Translations under genes and position numbers: made by a program
In this document: in pieces, positions 17,660 to 28,047 of the stretch
How positions within the stretch are numbered: the first letter of the stretch is position 1
Layout: each line of letters starts with the position of its first letter
Source of the DNA: Escherichia coli
GTDB taxonomy: Bacteria > Bacillota_I > Bacilli_A > RFN20 > CAG-826
NCBI GenBank assembly: GCA_963630675.1
Contig: CAVGNR010000009.1
Location: 886 to 64,885 of the forward strand
Reading direction: 5' to 3'
DNA: 64,000 nt
The notes under the pieces: model-generated
What the model was told of the DNA's origin: nothing
Databases searched by the model: none
Seen by the model: the letters and a program-made list of their open reading frames with translations, nothing else

Positions 17660-20236
17660 ATGAATAAAAAGAGACTATTACCTTTATTCCTTTTAAGTAG
17701 TGCTTTCATTCTTGTTTCATGCACATCTAATAATCCAGATGTTCCATCAAGTGGAAATGGCACCAACTCAAGTCAGAATTCGGCTTCTTCGGGTGGAACC
17801 CTTGCACCTGTGGAAGAATATTTTAAAGTCACTTCTAGAAGCGATACCCGTTACACATTATCCCCAAATAAAACCAGCGCCAAAGTAGGCGAGACGATTT
17901 CTGTTACTGCCACCGTTCAAGATGGTTATAGTGTGATTGCCGTTTATGCAAACAGCCAAAAATTAGAAAAGAGCGGGGACGTGTATACGTTTACCATGCC
18001 AGAAATCGACGTTGTTTTACGTGCGGAACTCTCTGTTGAAGGAGAAATCACCGCTCAAGGCGGAGATGTTGCAGTCGCCTTTAAAAAAGCGGAAGGCTCT
18101 GACACGTTATGGGTTGCAAAAGGAGTGAAAATCAATAACACTTCCAGCTTCTCCGTCAAAGTAGGGAAAACCACTCTTAGCATTGTTAATGTTGATCGTT
18201 TCCGTTGCTTTGCTCCAATTGAAGCAAGTTATTCTTCTTCTGGTGGCAATCTTTCCTTGCCAGGAGGAGCAACCTATGACTTCTATTATGACTCTAGTTT
18301 AGATCGCCCTCTTTATTTCAAACGTACTAGCGTGGATGTTTTGCCTTCTAACGCTTCCACGTTGGAAAATATGTTCCATAGTTCTGTTCAATCGGAATAT
18401 GCGTTATATCCTTCCAATGTGAAGAAAGTTACTTATTCTAATTCTTCAAGCGCTGAAAAATACGTTTGGCAAGCTTATGAAAATAATGCTTCCTTAGCCA
18501 CCGTTACGAACACAAAAACAAATACTGAAAAAGCTTTTGTTTATAAGAGTTTTGACAAAAGTAGCAACATCTACACAGTCGTTGATAGTTATTTGGAAGC
18601 AGCTAATGACAGCACAAAATTGGACGATACCGATGAATTCTCTGGAAAATATTTAGCTGTAGATAATCCATATGATGACAATGCCGTGGACTATAGCAGA
18701 CAAGAGGTAGGGAAAGAGGCTGCTTTATTCGACAGCACTCATTATTCCCATGATATGAATTCCATCGATTTCGATATCATGTATGCCTATCGTGTAAATA
18801 TGACACAAGGTGATGAATTTGTTTTAGCAGAATGTAATGTCACCTCAGCAAAAACAGATAATGGTTTCCAAACCAGGATTGATTCCAGACTCACCTATGA
18901 TTCTTCTAAGAACGCACAATTAACCGAAGAATTAAAGTATCATGATGAATTTGCCGTTACCTTGAATTTCAATGCGGATGGCTCTCTTTTAAGCGGAAGC
19001 TATCTTAATACAAGATATGACGCTTTGGGATACGATTTTACAAACGAAAAGATTACCAACGAGAAGAATGGAAAGGCTGTTAAAGAACTCTCTTTCTCTT
19101 ATGAATATGGAAATCCAGAAAGTAAGCCAGCAGAAGGCATCCGTGATGTTTCTCAGTATTTCCTTTCTTCTTCCACTTTGACGAAAGATACGGTTACTTT
19201 AGCGGATAGCAGTGTCGTTTCCGAAACAGATACGAATAAAAACAAACTCCATCAAGGAGACAAGATCGATAATTCTAATATTGATGATTATTTAACCATC
19301 AACGCTCCTAAAACCGTTTGGGACACCTGGCAATATACACTTACTGCATCAAGTGATCAAAACGTACTTGGATATAATGCCAGCACAAATACCTGGAGAG
19401 CTAAAACCACAGGAAGCACGGTTGTAACCATTTCTAATAAAACGGATAGGACCGTGAGCTTGGATTTGAATGTAGACGTGGTCTATATGGCAACCATTGG
19501 ATCTTTCTATTTCGACCATAACTATGATGCAGGCGATTATGGTGCAGACGATCACGCTCAAAAAGCGGTTGCCTTCGTTGGCTCACAAGCGACTTATCGT
19601 TTGATTGCCTCTGGTGAAAAAGGAACACCATGGGCTAAGAAAGATATCCCTCTTCCTTCTGATTTGAAGTTAAAAGCAAACGGAAATGACTATGGTTTGA
19701 CCTATTCTATCGATTGGGCAACTGGTGATATTACTTTTGATGGCAGCAAAGTCACAGGAGTGGAGAAGAACCAATCCGTTACCATTGTCTATACCCCAGA
19801 AACAAGCCACGCCCAAGAAGGTGGATTATCTTCTAGTTCTACTTTAACCATTACTTTGAAAAATCTTGCTTATACGGCAGAAGATATTAAAGGAACTTAT
19901 ACCAATACAGAGAACTCTGCCACTTTGAAATTAACAGGTGAAGAAGCAGGCAGCCTTGCTACGAATAATACTCCTTATAAAGGCAGTGTTGCCGTAGGAA
20001 CAAAGACCTATGATTTCTCCTATGGCTTTAACGCTTACAGTTTAGCTCTCCCTCTCCATTTTGCTGATTCCAACATTGATGGAAAGATGACTTTCAAAGA
20101 AGATGGAACCGTTGCTGTCATTATGGAAAGCGTATCCTATTCCGGAGAAGATACAGGCGCTACATCCACAAGCATTCTTGGATCCTTTGCAACCGATGAG
20201 ACCGCTGAAAGCGAAGCCATCTTTACGAGGGCTTAA
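17660..20236 (+). CDS. large lipoprotein 3 (858 aa)
   Basis: LLSSAFILVSCTSN lipobox and a Ser/Gly/Asn-rich linker; no catalytic motif recognised. Confidence 0.6.
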   Translation: MNKKRLLPLFLLSSAFILVSCTSNNPDVPSSGNGTNSSQNSASSGGTLAPVEEYFKVTSRSDTRYTLSPNKTSAKVGETISVTATVQDGYSVIAVYANSQKLEKSGDVYTFTMPEIDVVLRAELSVEGEITAQGGDVAVAFKKAEGSDTLWVAKGVKINNTSSFSVKVGKTTLSIVNVDRFRCFAPIEASYSSSGGNLSLPGGATYDFYYDSSLDRPLYFKRTSVDVLPSNASTLENMFHSSVQSEYALYPSNVKKVTYSNSSSAEKYVWQAYENNASLATVTNTKTNTEKAFVYKSFDKSSNIYTVVDSYLEAANDSTKLDDTDEFSGKYLAVDNPYDDNAVDYSRQEVGKEAALFDSTHYSHDMNSIDFDIMYAYRVNMTQGDEFVLAECNVTSAKTDNGFQTRIDSRLTYDSSKNAQLTEELKYHDEFAVTLNFNADGSLLSGSYLNTRYDALGYDFTNEKITNEKNGKAVKELSFSYEYGNPESKPAEGIRDVSQYFLSSSTLTKDTVTLADSSVVSETDTNKNKLHQGDKIDNSNIDDYLTINAPKTVWDTWQYTLTASSDQNVLGYNASTNTWRAKTTGSTVVTISNKTDRTVSLDLNVDVVYMATIGSFYFDHNYDAGDYGADDHAQKAVAFVGSQATYRLIASGEKGTPWAKKDIPLPSDLKLKANGNDYGLTYSIDWATGDITFDGSKVTGVEKNQSVTIVYTPETSHAQEGGLSSSSTLTITLKNLAYTAEDIKGTYTNTENSATLKLTGEEAGSLATNNTPYKGSVAVGTKTYDFSYGFNAYSLALPLHFADSNIDGKMTFKEDGTVAVIMESVSYSGEDTGATSTSILGSFATDETAESEAIFTRA

Positions 20237-20238
20237 AA

Positions 20239-21546
20239 ATGAGAAAAAATTTAGCACTCTTCCTTCTCTCTCCTTTGTTTCTTGTTTCTTGCTCTGCTCC
20301 TGAAGCTTCCTCTTCAGAAGATACGGCTCCAAAAACTTGTTTAGGAGCGTTGAAACAATTAGAGGGTCTAACGAATTACACCTTGGTTTCCGCTAAAAAT
20401 TCCTCTCCCATCAAGGAAGAACATATCACGGAGAAATACTACGAAAACAACTACACGGGGTACTTATCTGTAAAAGGTGGAGTTTGTTCTTTCGAATACG
20501 ATGGAACAACCCTTACGAAGTCTGCTTTGCTTAAAAAAGAAGGTGTAGCACTTACCTTAAAGGATTTTGTTCCTTCCTTTGAAGGGGTTAATTATTCTTC
20601 TTTGGAAGGAAAAACGGATATGACATTAGATTTAAAAACCAAATCCATTGCCACTCGTTTGCTACCAAAGATTGGTTTTTCCGCGACCGATTACACTTCG
20701 CTTGTTTCGCTTAACGCAACTCTTGAAGATGAGACAACGTTAAATGGTTTCCATTTTGATCTTTCTTTTGATAATAAGACCAACTACACCATTACCTTTA
20801 AAGATGTTGGAAAGACTTCTGTTTCTTTCTTAGAGAACGCTTTAAAAGAAAATGATGAAGCGTTTACTCCAACCGAAACAGAGCAAGCCATCACTGACTT
20901 ATTTGCTCTTGATAATTTCACTCAGTATCGTGATTTAACTGGAAACAATGTCATGGATACGATGGATTATTTCACTGAGCAGTATTTCTTAACGGATTTC
21001 ACTTCCGAATATGCTGCAGAAAATCCTGAAACAGCAGCTGCGTATACCAAAGGATTCCTTGGCATTGAAAATAAAAAGATGACCTATGGCGGAAAAGAAT
21101 TAACCTTCCAGGGCACTTATATGTTTTATAAAGATACAAGCGCCCTTGTGCCTTCTTTGTATCTTGTGACAAGAGAGAATCCTTCAAAACCGGGATATGC
21201 AGAACCTTCATTTAAAGACAATGATTCCTCTGATGTCGTAAGCATCATGAATTATCCAAAGAATCTTATGGCCTTGAACCATTGGGAACTCTTTACGGAT
21301 AATAAAGATGATTCCTTCACGACAGATAATATGTCGATCCTTGTTGATTTCTCTAAAAGCTTTGCTCTTGAGGAAACAGGAAATAGCTTGTCCCATCTCG
21401 ATATCATTTACGATAAAGATGAGGGAAAGGTTACAATGAATCTCTACCGCAAGGAAGGAAATTATTACGAATATGTCTTTGCTGACTTTGGTAAAACCTC
21501 TGTCAGTTGGGTTGACAGCTTCATTCGTAAAAACAAACTTGCTTAA
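20239..21546 (+). CDS. lipoprotein 4
   Basis: LSPLFLVSCSAPEASSSED lipobox; 2-nt gap to the preceding gene. Confidence 0.6.
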   Translation: MRKNLALFLLSPLFLVSCSAPEASSSEDTAPKTCLGALKQLEGLTNYTLVSAKNSSPIKEEHITEKYYENNYTGYLSVKGGVCSFEYDGTTLTKSALLKKEGVALTLKDFVPSFEGVNYSSLEGKTDMTLDLKTKSIATRLLPKIGFSATDYTSLVSLNATLEDETTLNGFHFDLSFDNKTNYTITFKDVGKTSVSFLENALKENDEAFTPTETEQAITDLFALDNFTQYRDLTGNNVMDTMDYFTEQYFLTDFTSEYAAENPETAAAYTKGFLGIENKKMTYGGKELTFQGTYMFYKDTSALVPSLYLVTRENPSKPGYAEPSFKDNDSSDVVSIMNYPKNLMALNHWELFTDNKDDSFTTDNMSILVDFSKSFALEETGNSLSHLDIIYDKDEGKVTMNLYRKEGNYYEYVFADFGKTSVSWVDSFIRKNKLA

Positions 21547-21550
21547 TGAA

Positions 21551-21604
21551 ACAAGATGGGCTCCGGCCCATCTTGTTTTAAAAAGCCATAGGGGTTTCCT
21601 ATGG
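21551..21604. terminator. bidirectional terminator region (two hairpins)
   Basis: ACAAGATGGGC-TCCG-GCCCATCTTGT forms a perfect 11-bp stem followed by a T-run. A second hairpin is CCATAGG-GGTTTC-CCTATGG. Lies between convergent genes. Confidence 0.6.
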
Positions 21605-21621
21605 CTGGAGGACATGAATTA

Positions 21622-24045
21622 TTATTTCATTAATACATGTATGACCTCTTTTTGAGGTTTATATGGAATTAAATGGCCTTCTATCTTTTCTCCATTCACA
21701 TATAAAGAAGCGTTTGGAACGTTATGAATTTCAATATCATAGGTGTTTCCACGAAATTTTCTTTGAATATGAAGATACGGATATTCCTTATTCGGTAAGC
21801 ATGGCTCTACAATCAAGCCATCATAATCAGCACGAATGCCTAGAAGATATTCTTGTAAGGCAACTAAAGACCAAGAAGCAGAGCCTGTTAACCAGCTATT
21901 TTTTGCTTGGCCGTAATTGGCTGCTTCATGACCGGCGATCATTTGAGAGTAGACATACGGCTCCGTGTAATGGACATCGCTTTCTTCTTCAATGAAAGCA
22001 GGGCAGTTTTTGATATAAAGGGCATATGCTTTTTCGGCTTCTTTTTCCACACAATGAGCAATTGTTACCCATGGATTGTTATGATTGAATACCGCTCCAT
22101 TTTCTTTATATCCTGGTGGATAAGAAGATATCTCTCCCAATTCGACGTGATAAGCATGATATGCAGGGGAAAGTAACTCTAAGCCATATTTGCAACCAAG
22201 GTACTTCTCAGCGCTTGCTAAGGCCTTTTTACCATATCCTAAGCTATGACCGATTCCTGCCATGACACAGAAACCTTGCGGTTCGATAAAGATCTTCCCT
22301 TCTTCATTTTCATGAGAGCCAACCTTCTTTCCAGAAGCGTCATAGGCACGAAGGAAATATTCGCCATCATAACCATATTGGATGGTTGCCTCTTCCATTT
22401 TCTTTTTTGCTTCAAGAACCTCTTTTTCCTCCTCTTTTAAGCCTAAATGAGAAAGGATTCTTGCATATTCATTGGAATATAAGACAAACATACCGGCAAT
22501 AAAGACGGATTCAGCAACTTTTCCTGAGCCTTTATTCTCAGTTGTTTGGAAAGATTCCCCTGGAGTGGTGCTAAAACAATTTAAATTCAAACAATCGTTC
22601 CAATCCGCTCTTCCAATGAGTGGAAGTTGATGTGGACCTAGATTATTCATTGTGAAATGAATGGAACGTCTAAGATGTTCCAATAAAGGTTTCTCGCTCC
22701 CTGCTTCATTATCAAAAGGAACCTCTTCCTTTAGAATGGAATAATCGCCTGTTTCTTTGATATAAGCGCTTGTTGCTCCAACTAGCCAAAGAGGGTCGTC
22801 ATTAAAGCCCCCTCCGATAGCGGAGTTCCCTTTTTTGGTTAATGGCTGATATTGATGATAAGTGGAACCATCTTCTTTTTGAATGGCTGCAATATCAAGG
22901 ATTCTTTGTCTTGCTTTCAAAGGAATCATATGAACGAAACCGAGCAAGTCTTGGCAAGAATCACGGAAACCCATTCCTCTTCCGATTCCAGATTCGTAAT
23001 AAGATGCGCTTCTGGACATGCAATAAGTAATGATGCTTTGGTATGGATTCCATATATTTGCCATACGATCAAGTTTTTCGTTTCCGGTTTTTGCTTGATA
23101 GATATCTAAGAAAGAATTCATTTTCCTCTTCAAAAGAGCAAGGGCGTGTAGTACTTTTTCATCAGAATTGAATTGTTCGATGATTTCTTCAGCAGGTTTT
23201 TTGTTAATGATATTAGGGGCAATGAATTTCTCTTCGCCTTCTTTTATTTCGCAATAACCAAGAATGAAAATTAAGCTCTTTTCCTCGTTCGCTTCAAGTT
23301 CTAAATCAATTTGATGAGCGGCAATTGGATGCCAACCTGATGCAACATGATCCCCTAGTTTGTTTTTGAATATCTCTTCAGGATGATCATAGCCATTATG
23401 CATGCCTAAGAAGGAATCACGGTCTGACTCAAAATGAGAGGTTTCATGATTAACATAATAGAAGGCGTAGTGATCTCTTCTCTCTCTAAATTCTGTTTTG
23501 TGATAAATGATGCCGTTATAGCATTCCACTTCGCCAGTAGAGAGATTTCTTTGAAAGTTTTCTGCGTCATCGCTAGCGTTCCATAAACACCATTCCTCTT
23601 GAGCGAAGAAAGAGAAGACTTTCTTTTCGTTACTTTCGTTTTTTAATTGAATGTATTGAATTTCACAATGAGCATCATTTGGAACAAAGAAAGTGCAACG
23701 GACTTTAAGAGCGTTTTTCTTTCCCGTGATAACACTATAGCCAAGGCCGTGTCTACATTCATAGAAATCCAATTCCGTTTTGCTAGGAAGATATGTTGGC
23801 GACCAAATCAACCCTTTTTCATTGACGTAAAAATGGCGACCATCAAAATCCGCTGGAACATCATTATATCGATAACGCGTAATGCGTCTTAATTTAGCAT
23901 CTGTATCGAAACTATAACCTCCAGCAGTATTGGAAATGAGCGAGAAGAAATGATCTTGACCTAAATAGTTTATCCAAGGAGAAGGGGTAAAAGGCGTTTG
24001 AATAACATACTCCTTGTTTTCATCGTCAAAGTAGCCGAATTTCAT
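21622..24045 (-). CDS. GH94 glycoside phosphorylase (cellobiose/chitobiose phosphorylase-like)
   Basis: N-terminus MKFGYFDDENKEYVIQTPFTPSPWINYLG is characteristic of cellobiose phosphorylases, and RADWNDCLN is a GH94 catalytic-region motif. About 807 aa from the inferred start. Confidence 0.75.
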   Translation of the reverse strand: MKFGYFDDENKEYVIQTPFTPSPWINYLGQDHFFSLISNTAGGYSFDTDAKLRRITRYRYNDVPADFDGRHFYVNEKGLIWSPTYLPSKTELDFYECRHGLGYSVITGKKNALKVRCTFFVPNDAHCEIQYIQLKNESNEKKVFSFFAQEEWCLWNASDDAENFQRNLSTGEVECYNGIIYHKTEFRERRDHYAFYYVNHETSHFESDRDSFLGMHNGYDHPEEIFKNKLGDHVASGWHPIAAHQIDLELEANEEKSLIFILGYCEIKEGEEKFIAPNIINKKPAEEIIEQFNSDEKVLHALALLKRKMNSFLDIYQAKTGNEKLDRMANIWNPYQSIITYCMSRSASYYESGIGRGMGFRDSCQDLLGFVHMIPLKARQRILDIAAIQKEDGSTYHQYQPLTKKGNSAIGGGFNDDPLWLVGATSAYIKETGDYSILKEEVPFDNEAGSEKPLLEHLRRSIHFTMNNLGPHQLPLIGRADWNDCLNLNCFSTTPGESFQTTENKGSGKVAESVFIAGMFVLYSNEYARILSHLGLKEEEKEVLEAKKKMEEATIQYGYDGEYFLRAYDASGKKVGSHENEEGKIFIEPQGFCVMAGIGHSLGYGKKALASAEKYLGCKYGLELLSPAYHAYHVELGEISSYPPGYKENGAVFNHNNPWVTIAHCVEKEAEKAYALYIKNCPAFIEEESDVHYTEPYVYSQMIAGHEAANYGQAKNSWLTGSASWSLVALQEYLLGIRADYDGLIVEPCLPNKEYPYLHIQRKFRGNTYDIEIHNVPNASLYVNGEKIEGHLIPYKPQKEVIHVLMK

Positions 24046-24256
24046 AAATTTTTCCTCATTTTTGCTGATTAAAAATATAAATATTAACGTAAACGTATTC
24101 ACACGAGTGATAACGCACTCTTTATCGACGCTTAAACGTTTTCGTTATATTCTCATTCTAAAGCAAAAAGTATCGATTACAAGCCGAAAAAAATTTTACG
24201 TTACGAAAAAAGAACGAAATAATTACACACCGCCTTAAGTATAGGAAAATTCAAAA

Positions 24257-24270
24257 TGTAAACGCTTACA
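24257..24270. promoter_or_regulatory. cre/LacI-family operator-like palindrome
   Basis: TGTAAACGCTTACA is a 12/14 palindrome fitting the cre consensus TGWAANCGNTNWCA. TTGACA lies at 24280-24285. Confidence 0.45.
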
Positions 24271-24347
24271 AAATTCACCTTGACAAGCATTTTTCCCAAA
24301 CTTAGCATTGAGATAACGAAAACGATTTCGTACCTAGAGGAAAGGCA

Positions 24348-25376
24348 ATGGCAAAGATTTCTGATATTGCAAAAAAACTGAATCTTAGCAACGCAACCGT
24401 ATCTAAAGCTTTAAATGGTAGTAAGGAAATTTCTCAAACCACCCAGAAGCTTGTCAAAGATGCGGCACGCGAGATGGGTTATGTTCCATCTAGTTTTGCT
24501 AGAACGTTAAAAATGCATCGTTCTTTTACTATTGGAGTTCTTTTCGTTGACAAAACTGAAAGTGGTCTTAGACACGAATATTTCTCTTCTATTCTTAACT
24601 CTGTTAAAGTGGCTGCTGAAGCAAAAGGCTACGATTTAACCTTTATTAATAGTGGAAATTTTTCTGGATTGACGCCCTCTTATCTTCAACACGTGAAATC
24701 AAGAGGAATTGATGGAGTGGTTATTGCCTCTGTTGATTTCTTTGACCCAAATGTTTCGGAACTTGCTTATAGCGGTCTTCCTGTTGTCACCATCGATCAT
24801 ATGTTTGAAGGATGCTCTTCTATTATGTCTGATAACGAGGATGGAACCTATGAGCTTACAAAATACGCTTATCAGCAAGGACATAGAAAAATCGCTTTCA
24901 TCCACGGTGAAGATACGGGCGTTACTCATAAGAGAATTGCTGGTTATTTAAGAGCTATTCGCGAATTAGGCATGGAGCCGAATGAAAAATATCTTCTTCC
25001 GGCTCGTTATCACGATCCTGATTCCGTGCGTCTTGCCTTCAAAGAACTCGTTTCTCTGAAAGAAAAACCAACTTGCGTTCTTTGCCCAGATGATATCAGC
25101 GCTCTCGCTCTTCTTAGTTCTAAAAACGATGCCGCCTACGCAAAAGGAATTTCTATTGCGGGATATGACGGAATTTCTCTTTCGAGGATGATTGAACCAT
25201 CCTTAACGACTTATTGCCAAGATAGCGATAAGATCGGCCGTCTTGCAGTGGAGGAACTTATCTCTCGCATCGAGGAACCAAAACTCTTTGTTCCAAAAAC
25301 AAACAAAGTAAAAGGTTTCCTTCAAAAAGGCGGAACCATTCAGGTTTCAACCGGTGATACAACATCGGAAAAATAA
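24348..25376 (+). CDS. LacI-family transcriptional regulator
   Basis: N-terminal HTH MAKISDIAKKLNLSNATVSKALNG plus a periplasmic-binding-protein-like sugar-binding core. Confidence 0.8.
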   Translation: MAKISDIAKKLNLSNATVSKALNGSKEISQTTQKLVKDAAREMGYVPSSFARTLKMHRSFTIGVLFVDKTESGLRHEYFSSILNSVKVAAEAKGYDLTFINSGNFSGLTPSYLQHVKSRGIDGVVIASVDFFDPNVSELAYSGLPVVTIDHMFEGCSSIMSDNEDGTYELTKYAYQQGHRKIAFIHGEDTGVTHKRIAGYLRAIRELGMEPNEKYLLPARYHDPDSVRLAFKELVSLKEKPTCVLCPDDISALALLSSKNDAAYAKGISIAGYDGISLSRMIEPSLTTYCQDSDKIGRLAVEELISRIEEPKLFVPKTNKVKGFLQKGGTIQVSTGDTTSEK

Positions 25377-25411
25377 ATAAATAGCGACATTGAAAGGAGG
25401 AATGAAATTTC

Positions 25412-26890
25412 ATGAAAAAATCAATGCTTGCGGCACTCGCCATCTCTGCAACCGGGCTCTTAGCGTTAGCCGGCTGTTCGGAAACAAAAACCGAGGAAAA
25501 CGGAAAAGTCCTCAATGTTATGTGTTGGAATACGGAATTCCAAGAACGCTTTGAAGATTACTATCCCGATGTGACCATTACCGGAGAAGGAACAAACAAG
25601 ACCTATACCTTAAAGAATGGTGTAAAAGTCAAATTCACCGTCGAACCAAATGATAACAACAACTACCAAAACAAATTGGATGCAAAACTAAAAGGTCAAG
25701 ACAAAGCGGCAGCTGATGATAAAGTCGACATGTTCCTTATCGAAGCGGACTATGCGACAAAATACACTAAAACCGCCTATACTCTCGATTTAAAGACTGA
25801 CATTGGCTTAACCACTGAAGATCTTGCTGATCAATACAAATACACGCAAGACATTGTCACTTATGATGGCCACTTAAAAGCCACAAGCTGGCAAGCTACT
25901 CCAGGGCTTTTCGCTTATCGTCGTGATATTGCTAAATCTGTTTTAGGAACAGATGATCCAGCACAAGTTCAGGAAAAGATTTCTGATTGGACGAAATTTA
26001 ATACCGTTGCCGCTCAAATGAAGACCGCTAACGTCAAGATGCTTTCCGGTTTTGCGGATAACTATCGTCCATATTCCAACAACATGACTGATAAATGGGT
26101 TACAGAAGATAATACCATCCGTCTCGATCCAGAAATCAAGAAATGGATTGTTAACACCAAAGATTATGCCGATAAGAAATATATTGATGATGCTCCTCTT
26201 TGGAGTGCTCAATGGCAAGCTGACCAAGGACCAGATGGCCACGTCTTGAAAAACGATAAAGGTGAAGTCACCGCAACCGGAAAGAAGACCTTCGGCTTCT
26301 TCTATAGCACATGGGGCATTAACTTCACTCTTGCTGGCAACGCCGATCCGGATGGATATGCCAAAAAGATGAATGAAGCAAAGAATCCAGATGGTTCTAT
26401 TGACACTAGCAAGACCCTTTATGGTGACTATGCAGTTTGCAAAGGACCTGCATCTTGGTATTGGGGTGGCAGCTGGCTTTGCGCAGCCAAAGGCACCGAT
26501 AACAAAGAAGAAGTCAAAGATATCATGAAGAAGTTAACCTGTGATGCAACAATTGCAGAAAAGATTACTCGTGGTACTCAAGACTACACCAACAACAAGA
26601 CAGCTATGAACAAACTCGCTAGCGATACAAGCTATGGCTCTGAGTTCCTTGGTGGACAAAACCATATCGCTCTCTTCAAAGAAAGTGCTGAAAAGATTGA
26701 TATGAGCAATGCTGGCCCACATGACCAAACATTGAATGAAGGTATTCAAAACTCCTTCGAAGCGTATTTCTTCAATGAAAGCACAACATATGCTAACGCA
26801 CTTGCCGCTTTCAAGAAGACCGTTTCGGAAAAAGCTAACAATCTCAAATTCTCTTCTGAATGGGATTCATGGGATGGCAAAACGCTTTAA
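25412..26890 (+). CDS. ABC sugar transporter substrate-binding lipoprotein
   Basis: Lipobox LALAGCSE. 492 aa SBP-like protein preceding two permease genes. Confidence 0.7.
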   Translation: MKKSMLAALAISATGLLALAGCSETKTEENGKVLNVMCWNTEFQERFEDYYPDVTITGEGTNKTYTLKNGVKVKFTVEPNDNNNYQNKLDAKLKGQDKAAADDKVDMFLIEADYATKYTKTAYTLDLKTDIGLTTEDLADQYKYTQDIVTYDGHLKATSWQATPGLFAYRRDIAKSVLGTDDPAQVQEKISDWTKFNTVAAQMKTANVKMLSGFADNYRPYSNNMTDKWVTEDNTIRLDPEIKKWIVNTKDYADKKYIDDAPLWSAQWQADQGPDGHVLKNDKGEVTATGKKTFGFFYSTWGINFTLAGNADPDGYAKKMNEAKNPDGSIDTSKTLYGDYAVCKGPASWYWGGSWLCAAKGTDNKEEVKDIMKKLTCDATIAEKITRGTQDYTNNKTAMNKLASDTSYGSEFLGGQNHIALFKESAEKIDMSNAGPHDQTLNEGIQNSFEAYFFNESTTYANALAAFKKTVSEKANNLKFSSEWDSWDGKTL

Positions 26891-26958
26891 TTCCTAATTG
26901 CTAAAAATTGTGGGGGTGGCGCTTCGGCGCTGCCCCTTCATTAGAAAGGGAGAAAAAA

Positions 26959-28047
26959 ATGGATAAGGTAAAACGAAAGAGAAAGAGTGTTCGTTATGAT
27001 AAGTGGGGCTATTTGTTCCTTGTTCCTTTTTTTGTCGCTTTCATTTTGTTTCAATTAGTTCCTTTAGGAAAAACATTCATCTATGCATTTCAAGAATACT
27101 ATGATGATTTATTAGATACTGTCGGGCCTAATTGGTGTGGGTTTGATAATTTCAAATACATCTTCCAATCAGGGGTTGAGGATGCAACATCGATCACTTT
27201 CTTCAACCATACATTCACGACAAATGCCCATATTCCAACCTTCCTTTATTATTTGATGAATACGATGGTCATCTGGATTATTGGTTTCATTCCTCAAATT
27301 ATTATTTCTTTAGCTTTAGCGGTTTGGTTTACGGATGCTCGTTTGAAGATCCGTGGTCAACGTTTCTGGAAGACGGTTATGTATATGCCTAACCTTATTA
27401 TGGCTTCCGCGTTTGGCATGTTGTTCTTAATGATTTTTGCTACTAACGGTCCTGTCTTTCAGCTTTTGATTTCTTGGGGATGGGTCGATGCTAATAATTT
27501 GATCAACGTTGCTAATAACGAGATGTGGACACATATCATTATTGCTGGTTTAAATTGCTTAATGTGGTTTGGTAACACAACGTTATTGCTTATGTCAGGC
27601 ATCATGGGTATTGATGAATCTATCTTTGAGTCTGCTCGTATTGATGGAGCTGGTGCTCAAAAAACCTTCTGGAGCATCACGATGCCTCTTTTGAAACCAA
27701 TCTTTTTATATGTCTTTATCACATCCATGATTGGCGGGGTTCAGCTCTTCGATGTTGCTCAGATTTTCACTCAAACAACAGGTGGCTATTTAAAGAGTTC
27801 TGAAACGGTCATGATGTACCTTTATAATCTCGTGACTGTAAAACATAACTATGGGCAAGCTGGCGCGCTTAGCATTGTTCTCTTCGTGATTACTTTGATT
27901 TTATCCTGTGGTGTTTATCTTTCTAATTACCACACAAAGAACATGGAAAAAGAAATCCGTCATAACCGTAATAAACGTTTTAGAACTTATGCCGGTTGTA
28001 TAGAAACGGAGAAAGAAATAGCCCGTCAGAGAGGAGAAAGCTTATGA
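26959..28047 (+). CDS. ABC sugar transporter permease (MalF/UgpA-like)
   Basis: Multi-TM protein with the EAA-like motif ESARIDGAGAQKTFWSITMP. Start taken at MDKVKRK. Confidence 0.75.
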   Translation: MDKVKRKRKSVRYDKWGYLFLVPFFVAFILFQLVPLGKTFIYAFQEYYDDLLDTVGPNWCGFDNFKYIFQSGVEDATSITFFNHTFTTNAHIPTFLYYLMNTMVIWIIGFIPQIIISLALAVWFTDARLKIRGQRFWKTVMYMPNLIMASAFGMLFLMIFATNGPVFQLLISWGWVDANNLINVANNEMWTHIIIAGLNCLMWFGNTTLLLMSGIMGIDESIFESARIDGAGAQKTFWSITMPLLKPIFLYVFITSMIGGVQLFDVAQIFTQTTGGYLKSSETVMMYLYNLVTVKHNYGQAGALSIVLFVITLILSCGVYLSNYHTKNMEKEIRHNRNKRFRTYAGCIETEKEIARQRGESL

